Position numbers and translations under genes: made by a program
NCBI GenBank assembly: GCA_964572255.1
Contig: CAZNEE010000006.1
Location: 11,775 to 75,774, forward strand
Length of the DNA stretch: 64,000 nt
Direction: 5' to 3'
Origin: an uncultured Planctomycetia bacterium
GTDB lineage: Bacteria; Omnitrophota; Gorgyraeia; Tantalellales; Tantalellaceae
The notes under the pieces: model-generated
Seen by the model: the letters and a program-made list of their open reading frames with translations, nothing else
What the model was told of the DNA's origin: nothing
Databases searched by the model: none
Shown: positions 57,891 through 64,000 of the stretch, piece by piece
Numbering within the stretch: the stretch's first letter is position 1
Layout of the letters: each line of letters begins with the position of its first letter

Positions 57891-58928
57891 TTATATGATC
57901 AGCATTGCATCTCCATACGAAAAAAACCTGAATTTCTTATCGATCGCTTCCCTGTATGCTTTAAAAATAAGGTCTTTGCCCGCGAAAGCGCTTACCAGCA
58001 TGATAAGCGTCGATCCCGGCAGGTGGAAATTGGTTATCAAACCATCAACTATTTTAAACCTATAGCCTGGATAAATAAAGAGATTTGTCATCCCGCTGGA
58101 AGGCCTAGTTAAACTTTCCTCACCGGCCGCTGTTTCAAGAACACGCGTGGAAGTTGTGCCCACCGCGAATACCTTCCCGCCGGATTTTTTAGTCCTATTG
58201 ACCGCATCCGCAGAGGATTTATCCATTTCATAATATTCAAAATGCATATGGTGGTCCTCTATATCCTCAACTTTTACAGGAGCAAATGTACCGTAACTGG
58301 TATGCAGCGTAACAAAAACTACCTTCACTCCTTTTGCCCTTATTCTTTCCAAAAGAACTTCATTAAAATGTAATCCCGCTGTAGGAGAAGCTGTGGCCCC
58401 GTTTTTCATCGCAAATACTGTCTGATAATCACCCTCATCGTCGGGAGTATCTTCGCGGTCTATATACGGCGGGAGCGGTATGTGCCCTCCCTCCAGCACT
58501 TTTTCCAGGGCCGCGTTAAATCGAACGTAACGGCCAGCATCGGCAGAGCCAAGGACCGTAGCGATAATACCGTTCTCGAGTTCTATTTTCTCGCCCTCTT
58601 TGATCTTCTTTGAAGGCCTGATAAGAGCGCGCGGCTTTTCCGTATCCGCGTCAAGAAGGAATATCTCCACCTTGCCGCCGGTCGCACGCTTACCGTAGAG
58701 CCTCGCCGGGATAACGCGCGTATCGTTCAGGACCAGGTAATCTCCTTCTTTGAAATATTCCGTTATATCGCTGAAAACTCTCTCTGTAATTTCGCCCAAA
58801 GAACGGTCCACCACCATTAATCTGGCTTGATCTCTTTCCTTCAGGGGCTTTTGAGCGACCAGTTCTTTCGGAAGTTCATAAAAAAATTCTTTTAATTTCA
58901 TGCCGCCTGTCCGCACCATACCGTTCAT
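57891..58928 (-). CDS. queA: S-adenosylmethionine:tRNA ribosyltransferase-isomerase.
   Basis: YELPKELVAQ, LVLNDTRVIPARL and GTTSTRVLE. Confidence 0.9.
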   Translation of the reverse strand: MNGMVRTGGMKLKEFFYELPKELVAQKPLKERDQARLMVVDRSLGEITERVFSDITEYFKEGDYLVLNDTRVIPARLYGKRATGGKVEIFLLDADTEKPRALIRPSKKIKEGEKIELENGIIATVLGSADAGRYVRFNAALEKVLEGGHIPLPPYIDREDTPDDEGDYQTVFAMKNGATASPTAGLHFNEVLLERIRAKGVKVVFVTLHTSYGTFAPVKVEDIEDHHMHFEYYEMDKSSADAVNRTKKSGGKVFAVGTTSTRVLETAAGEESLTRPSSGMTNLFIYPGYRFKIVDGLITNFHLPGSTLIMLVSAFAGKDLIFKAYREAIDKKFRFFSYGDAMLII

Positions 58929-60121
58929 ATTAATATCTCACGCAACCGGACAATATTCGCTTCCGGATAATAATACTTTAATATTCTCTCCGTGCTTCGC
59001 CCTCTTAATGCCAGGCCAAAAGCGCCCCATTGACACATCCCGACCCCGTGCCCCCAGCCGTATCCCGAAAAAAGATAAAACCTGGGATATTTCTTTACAT
59101 GAAAATTGGAACTTTTCAGGTATTTACGTCCTATAGCAGAACGAAAATCTTCCGTATCTATCTCGAACCATTTATTCCCTGACTTGATGCTTATATACTC
59201 AAGCCTTTTTGATGGATCCCGGGGACCCGCCTTGATATTGTCTATCCGCTTAATGTTATATCTTTTTTCATTAAGTTTATCGAGCAGCTCTTTAGTATAC
59301 ACGCGGTTCTGCCACCTGAAGCGCGGCGACCATCGGCACCACCGGCACCTCACCCCTTTAAGCGGAGCTGAATCTCCTTTCCAGACCAGGCCTATATCTT
59401 CTGTATGCCCTCCGCAGCATGAGTGAAAATACCCCGGGAAAACCTTCCCTTTATATTCCAGCACTTTACCCCGTGTCGCGTCTGTGGCCCTGTTCGTTCT
59501 CCACCTTTGGGCGTTTTTGCCTTTATAAACCTGGGAATAAGTATCGTCTGTCAGATCGTACTCTTTGTTCTTTCGGCGCAATGCCTGATCCACGGCAAAA
59601 CTTCTTGAAGCTATAGCTTGTGCCTTAAGCGCTGAAAACGGCCAAAGATGGTTCATCTCGCACGGAAGCACTCCCTTAAGATAATTTTCAAGCTCCACCC
59701 TATTTATCGCTTCGAGAGTATTTCCTTTTTTGACGATATCGACTTCGCCCTGATAAAATGTTCCTCCAAGTTCAAACTCATCAGTGACCGGAGAAATACG
59801 TATCCTTTGAGCATCAAATATCGTATCAGCTGCTTTTATGCCTCCATCGACGCAGGAAACCTTTGAAGGATAAGGAAATGAAATGCCCTCCGCCAACACT
59901 CTTCCTGTCTTTGCGTCACTGACATCGCACTTTTTTTCACTTCCAAAATCAAGGGTATTAGCCTCTTGCGCGATCCTGACCCTGATAATAAATGAAGAAC
60001 TTTCCCGGGGCTTAAACTTTAAGGGAAGAAAGAAAAAAACCGTTAACGCTATTATCAGAATAATAGCGATCCCGAACTTAACTTTGTTCTCTCTGGAAAG
60101 ACTGTCTATCGAATATTTCAT
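58925..60121 (-). CDS. SpoIID/LytB-domain protein (a lytic transglycosylase-like, peptidoglycan-remodelling protein).
   Basis: GYGWGHGVGMCQWGA and HSCCGGHTE are the SpoIID/LytB signatures. The N-terminus is a signal anchor. Confidence 0.75.
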   Translation of the reverse strand: MKYSIDSLSRENKVKFGIAIILIIALTVFFFLPLKFKPRESSSFIIRVRIAQEANTLDFGSEKKCDVSDAKTGRVLAEGISFPYPSKVSCVDGGIKAADTIFDAQRIRISPVTDEFELGGTFYQGEVDIVKKGNTLEAINRVELENYLKGVLPCEMNHLWPFSALKAQAIASRSFAVDQALRRKNKEYDLTDDTYSQVYKGKNAQRWRTNRATDATRGKVLEYKGKVFPGYFHSCCGGHTEDIGLVWKGDSAPLKGVRCRWCRWSPRFRWQNRVYTKELLDKLNEKRYNIKRIDNIKAGPRDPSKRLEYISIKSGNKWFEIDTEDFRSAIGRKYLKSSNFHVKKYPRFYLFSGYGWGHGVGMCQWGAFGLALRGRSTERILKYYYPEANIVRLREILI

Positions 60122-60340
60122 TTACCTTCTAAAAATCAGAAAAAAGATCAATGATAAAATCATGCTGGCAAGAATACAGGTCGTGATAGGAAAATAAAAC
60201 GTAAAATTCTCTTTTTTTATAAGAATGTCTCCGGGCAGCTTGCCGATCCACGGCAATTTCCCGGCTAAAAGAAACACCCCGCCAACTACGATCAAAATTA
60301 AACCAAAAAGGGCTAAATATCTTCCAACGATCTGGACCAT
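60122..60340 (-). CDS. DUF2905-family small membrane protein (72 aa).
   Basis: GKLPGDILIKKENFTFYFPITTCILASMILSLI is the DUF2905 pattern. Confidence 0.65.
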   Translation of the reverse strand: MVQIVGRYLALFGLILIVVGGVFLLAGKLPWIGKLPGDILIKKENFTFYFPITTCILASMILSLIFFLIFRR

Positions 60341-60343
60341 ATC

Positions 60344-61393
60344 CTAGAACAATTCCTTTTGCCGCGCGGGATTTGTCTTGCCGAGATAATCATAGGCTTT
60401 TTCGGTGAGTTCTCTTCCCCGGGGCGTTCTTCTAATAAAGCCGATGCTTAAAAGATACGGCTCCACTACATCTTCTATCGTATCGGTTTCTTCATTGAGC
60501 GATGAAGCTATAGCCTCGATGCCGACCGGCCCGCCCTTATAAGATTCATATATAACATCCAAAAGTTTTCTGTCTATCCTGTCAAGCCCGGCTTCGTCAA
60601 TACCGTGTTTGGCCAAAGCTTCTATCGTTGAATTTTTATTTATGTTACCGTCAGACTTAACTTCCACCCAATCTCTTACCCTTCTCAATAGACGGTTAGC
60701 TATACGGGGGGTCCCTCTTGAACGTTTGGCTATTTCAGACGCGCCTTTATCATCAATATGGATCCCCAAAAGATCCGCCGAACGTTTAATTATTGTTTCC
60801 AGCTCTTCGGAGGTGTAGAAATCCAGATGAAAAGACATGCCGAACCTGTCTCTTAAAGGCGCGCTCAAAAGCCCTGAACGTGTAGTAGCCCCTATAAGGG
60901 TGAAACGTTTGAGATTGAATTTTATCGCTTTGGCGTAAGGGCCTTTGTCGACAAGAAAATCTATCTGGAAATTTTCCATGGCGGGATAAACAAATTCTTC
61001 GACAACTTTTGAAAGCCGGTGGATCTCATCAATGAACAGGATATCGCCTTCCGAAAGATTGGTGAGTATCCCTATGAGGTCTCCCGCTCTCTCGATCGCC
61101 GGGCCGCTCGTCGCCGTTATCTTCGTTCCTCTTTCATTCGCGATTATATGGGCGAGCGAAGTCTTGCCGAGTCCGGGAGGACCTGAAAAAAGAAGGTGTT
61201 CCATGGGTTCGTTCCTCTTCATGGAAGCTTTTAAAGCTATATTTAACGACTCCGCCACTTCTTCCTGCCCGACAAAATCCTTAAGCGTCTTCGGGCGGAG
61301 TGAAAGGTTCATTATCACATCATCTTCCGATTCGCCTTCCCTTATTATCTCTTCATGTTTATCGACGAATTTTTCGCGTTTATTATCGGTCAT
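60344..61393 (-). CDS. ruvB: Holliday junction branch-migration helicase RuvB.
   Basis: LLFSGPPGLGKTSLA (Walker A), ILFIDEIHRL, and the ruvABC context. Confidence 0.9.
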   Translation of the reverse strand: MTDNKREKFVDKHEEIIREGESEDDVIMNLSLRPKTLKDFVGQEEVAESLNIALKASMKRNEPMEHLLFSGPPGLGKTSLAHIIANERGTKITATSGPAIERAGDLIGILTNLSEGDILFIDEIHRLSKVVEEFVYPAMENFQIDFLVDKGPYAKAIKFNLKRFTLIGATTRSGLLSAPLRDRFGMSFHLDFYTSEELETIIKRSADLLGIHIDDKGASEIAKRSRGTPRIANRLLRRVRDWVEVKSDGNINKNSTIEALAKHGIDEAGLDRIDRKLLDVIYESYKGGPVGIEAIASSLNEETDTIEDVVEPYLLSIGFIRRTPRGRELTEKAYDYLGKTNPARQKELF

Positions 61394-61409
61394 GTATTAT
61401 CACCTCAAG

Positions 61410-62033
61410 TTATGATGCTTTTTTCTCCCTGTAAACCTCATTAAGAAGTTCTTCGCTGGTCTTCAATCCCGGTTGTCTTTGGAAAGCTTTTTGGATCATA
61501 TCTTCAGCTTCGTTCTTTTTATATTGAAGTTGAAGAAGGATGCTGAGAGCTTCACTTTTTATATCTTCATGCTCTTTGATCCGGCTTATATGCCCGTCTT
61601 TTATAAGACCGTATTTTCCGACCTTACCCTGGAGTTTGGCAACTATCTGGCGGGCTCTTTGTTCCCCTATGCCGGGTAATTTCTTTAAAAAAGATACGTC
61701 TCCGGTATCTATCGCGCCGGCTATTGTGGAAAACGGTTCTGCAAGAGCGCGACAGGCGGCTTTCGGACCTACACCCGAGACAGAAATAAATTTTTCAAAA
61801 AACTCTTTTTCCACCTCATTCTGAAAACCGATAAGCACGGGAACGCTGCGGGAAGGTTCTACCTGGTAATAATGATATGTCACTAAAGTCAATTTTTTTT
61901 CTTCGGTTATCTCTTTTTCGAGGGCTTTCATGACCGCCTGAGGGATAAGCACTTCATAACAAAGATTGCCGTTATCAAGGAGGATCGCCCCGTTCTTTTT
62001 CTCTGCCACTGTGCCTGATATGCGTGAGATCAT
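61410..62033 (-). CDS. ruvA: Holliday junction DNA helicase RuvA.
   Basis: MISRISG-V at the N-terminus, the HhH motifs LKKLPGIGEQRARQIV, and its position between ruvB and ruvC. Confidence 0.85.
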   Translation of the reverse strand: MISRISGTVAEKKNGAILLDNGNLCYEVLIPQAVMKALEKEITEEKKLTLVTYHYYQVEPSRSVPVLIGFQNEVEKEFFEKFISVSGVGPKAACRALAEPFSTIAGAIDTGDVSFLKKLPGIGEQRARQIVAKLQGKVGKYGLIKDGHISRIKEHEDIKSEALSILLQLQYKKNEAEDMIQKAFQRQPGLKTSEELLNEVYREKKAS

Positions 62034-62563
62034 TTTTTTATCATCTCTTTTTTTGGTTTTGACCTTTTCCTGCCGGATTTCTTGTCCATATCTTCTATGT
62101 AAACAAAACTGATCGCCATGGCGATCGCGTCGCTTATATCGGGAGGCTCCGGGAGCTTGTTCAGGTTTAAAAGCGATCTGACCATTCTTTGCACCTGATG
62201 TTTCCCCGCCCTGCCGTTACCGGTAACTACTTTTTTTATGCGCGTGGCCGGCAAGCTTACCAGCTGGACGCCATTAAGACCGCACGCTAAACATACCACG
62301 CCTCTGGCATGCCCCATGAGTATAGAAGTCGCGGGATGTTTATAATGCGAATAAAGTTTTTCAAGAACAAGCACATCGGGCTTAAACTCTGAAATTATGT
62401 CCGAAAGGTTATTATAGATATCCTCAACACGCTTACTTATGCCCTCTTCCGGAGATGTTCTTATAACTCCCGCTTCTATCAGCTTGATATGGTCCGGATC
62501 GTGCGCTTCAATGATGCCGTATCCGGTACGAAGGAGTCCTGGGTCAACGCCTAATATGCGCAT
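62030..62563 (-). CDS. ruvC: Crossover junction endodeoxyribonuclease RuvC.
   Basis: MRILGVDPGLLRTGYGII (catalytic Asp) and its context. Confidence 0.9.
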   Translation of the reverse strand: MRILGVDPGLLRTGYGIIEAHDPDHIKLIEAGVIRTSPEEGISKRVEDIYNNLSDIISEFKPDVLVLEKLYSHYKHPATSILMGHARGVVCLACGLNGVQLVSLPATRIKKVVTGNGRAGKHQVQRMVRSLLNLNKLPEPPDISDAIAMAISFVYIEDMDKKSGRKRSKPKKEMIKK

Positions 62564-62590
62564 AAAAACAGAAAATTCGAAGTGCGAATC

Positions 62591-63352
62591 CTAATTTTGT
62601 TCGTTCTCGATTCTTTTTAATATTTCGTCCGGTATGTCAAAATTGCTATAGACATTCTGAACGTCATCGTTATCTTCAAGATCCTCGACCAGCGCCAGGA
62701 TCTTACGTGCCGTTTCGGGATCTTCGACTTTGACGATATTTTTCGGCGTCATGCTGAGTTCGCCGGACTCAACTTTTACGTTTTTTCCTTTAAGGCCGGT
62801 ACGGACTTTATCAAAATCCTGAGGAGCGCAGATTATCTGGAAAAAATCCTCATCGGAAGTAAGGTCTTCGGCTCCGGCTTCAAGAGCTATATCCAAAAGC
62901 TCATCTTCCTTTGCATCTTCTCTTTTAACAAGAAAAACGCCTTTTTTTTCGAATTGGAAAGCGACCGATCCGGCACCCGCCATATTACCCCCGCGCTTGG
63001 TAAATATGCTGCGAACATCGCTTGTCGTGCGGTTCTTATTATCGGTAAGCCCTTCAACTATTACCGCAACGCCTCCGGGAGCATAGCCCTCGAAAGAGAC
63101 ATTCTCATAAGATACACCTTCTAATTCCCCGGTCCCTTTTTTTATGCCGCGGTCAATGTTGTCAGCGGGCATATTGGCTTCTTTTGCTTTTTGAATAGCC
63201 AATCTTAATCTCGGGTTCGCATCGGAATTTCCCCCGCCTTCTCTGGCCGCTACCGTTATCTCGCGTATAAGCTTTGTAAATAATTTACCGCGCTTGGCGT
63301 CCGCAGCGCCCTTTTTATGCTTGATACTTGCCCATTTGGAATGACCGGACAT
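62591..63352 (-). CDS. yebC: YebC/PmpR-family transcriptional regulator.
   Basis: MSGHSKWASIKHKKGAADAKRGKLFTKLIREI is canonical for YebC. Confidence 0.9.
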   Translation of the reverse strand: MSGHSKWASIKHKKGAADAKRGKLFTKLIREITVAAREGGGNSDANPRLRLAIQKAKEANMPADNIDRGIKKGTGELEGVSYENVSFEGYAPGGVAVIVEGLTDNKNRTTSDVRSIFTKRGGNMAGAGSVAFQFEKKGVFLVKREDAKEDELLDIALEAGAEDLTSDEDFFQIICAPQDFDKVRTGLKGKNVKVESGELSMTPKNIVKVEDPETARKILALVEDLEDNDDVQNVYSNFDIPDEILKRIENEQN

Positions 63353-63355
63353 CTA

Positions 63356-64000
63356 TTATTCCTCTTCCTTTTTCTCTTTTTTATTCTCGGCTATGATCTT
63401 CTGGGCAACGTTCGGCGGAACCGGTTCGTAATGCGAAAAGGTCATAGTATAAGTGGCTCTGCCGCCGGTTAAAGATTTAAGTTCATTCGCGTATTTATAC
63501 ATCTCTTCCAAAGGAAGTTGCGCCTTGACAACCTGCATACCTCCTTCAGAACCCATGCCTTGCACGCGGCCTCTGCGGGAACTTAAAGAACCTGTTATAT
63601 CTCCCATGTTCTCTTCAGGAACAGTCAGCTCAACGTTCATGATCGGCTCAAGAAGAACCGGTTTTGCTTTTTCGCATGACTGCCTGAAAGCATGCGCCGC
63701 CGCTATCTGGAACGCGATATCCTTGGAATCTACAGGATGGGTCTTTCCGTCATAAACGATCACTTGTATATCAACAACAGGGAAACCTGCCAATATGCCG
63801 TCGTCCAGAGAATTCTTTACGCCCTTTTCACAGCTGCCGACAAACTGCTTGGGTATCGCTCCGCCGACCACTTCATCAACAAACTCAAACCCTTTCCCTC
63901 TTTCGAGCGGGACTACCTTCATCCATACTTCCGCAAACTGCCCGGCGCCGCCGGACTGTTTTTTATGGCGGTACTGGGCGTCTCCATTGGCGGTAATAGT
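63356..64000 (-). CDS. fusA: Elongation factor G, C-terminal portion (domains IV-V). The 5' part lies beyond the window.
   Basis: RC translation to the window edge reads ...QYRHKKQSGGAGQ... and continues into MKVVPLERGKGFEFVDEVVGGAIPKQF...HPVDS. The reading frame is open through base 64000. Confidence 0.8.
   Translation of the reverse strand, partial: TITANGDAQYRHKKQSGGAGQFAEVWMKVVPLERGKGFEFVDEVVGGAIPKQFVGSCEKGVKNSLDDGILAGFPVVDIQVIVYDGKTHPVDSKDIAFQIAAAHAFRQSCEKAKPVLLEPIMNVELTVPEENMGDITGSLSSRRGRVQGMGSEGGMQVVKAQLPLEEMYKYANELKSLTGGRATYTMTFSHYEPVPPNVAQKIIAENKKEKKEEE

Overview
This 64 kb window has two parts. Bases 1-39,300 form an accessory-looking block on the minus strand that carries four giant genes. 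Bases 39,650-64,000 are ordinary core housekeeping genes, nearly all on the minus strand.

Three of the giant genes are tandem and co-oriented: one longer than 1683 aa (truncated at the window edge, 1..5049), one of 4674 aa (5305..19329) and one of 1253 aa (19693..23454). Each begins with a signal peptide followed by the same ~600 aa N-terminal module. Its signatures are IHIQDAHAN, NLEGGVG-YDL, RHI, GGFHT-NLC, PKF-EGYE-PYF-LLAG and ASM. After that module the three C-terminal parts are completely different:
- A: tandem eukaryotic-like Ser/Thr kinase domains.
- B: a mosaic of two HExxH zincin motifs, HEAT-like repeats, a CPBP (CAAX-protease/Abi-type) intramembrane protease, a clan GH-A glycosidase and a minimal nucleotidyltransferase.
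- C: ~650 aa of unknown function.

Each paralog has its own copy of a conserved upstream block. It consists of a ~23 nt box (sense CACACAAAATTTAGCTTGATTTT) directly abutting a -35/N18/-10 promoter, plus a T8-GCC box ~50 nt before the ATG. I cannot assign the N-module to any described family by eye. This paralog set with its private promoter cassette is the most unusual thing in the window.

Downstream lie a cold-shock gene with a structured leader, a RelE/Phd toxin-antitoxin pair and a small 4-TM protein. Next is a fourth giant gene of 4076 aa that is full of YD (Rhs-like) repeats. It ends in a permuted papain-fold (His-then-Cys) peptidase-like domain, and its start codon is translationally coupled (ATGAATAA) to the stop of an apolipoprotein N-acyltransferase gene (lnt).

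The core block reads:
- fabD-fabH-plsX-rpmF, ackA-pta, coaD, rsmD, recG, rpmB (plus strand), recJ
- a cation-diffusion-facilitator transporter, secDF, yajC, tgt
- an orphan receiver domain plus a PAS sensor with a Cys4 tail
- queA, a SpoIID-like gene, a DUF2905 gene, ruvB-ruvA-ruvC, yebC and the 3' end of fusA

I saw no rRNA, tRNA, CRISPR array, transposase or integrase.
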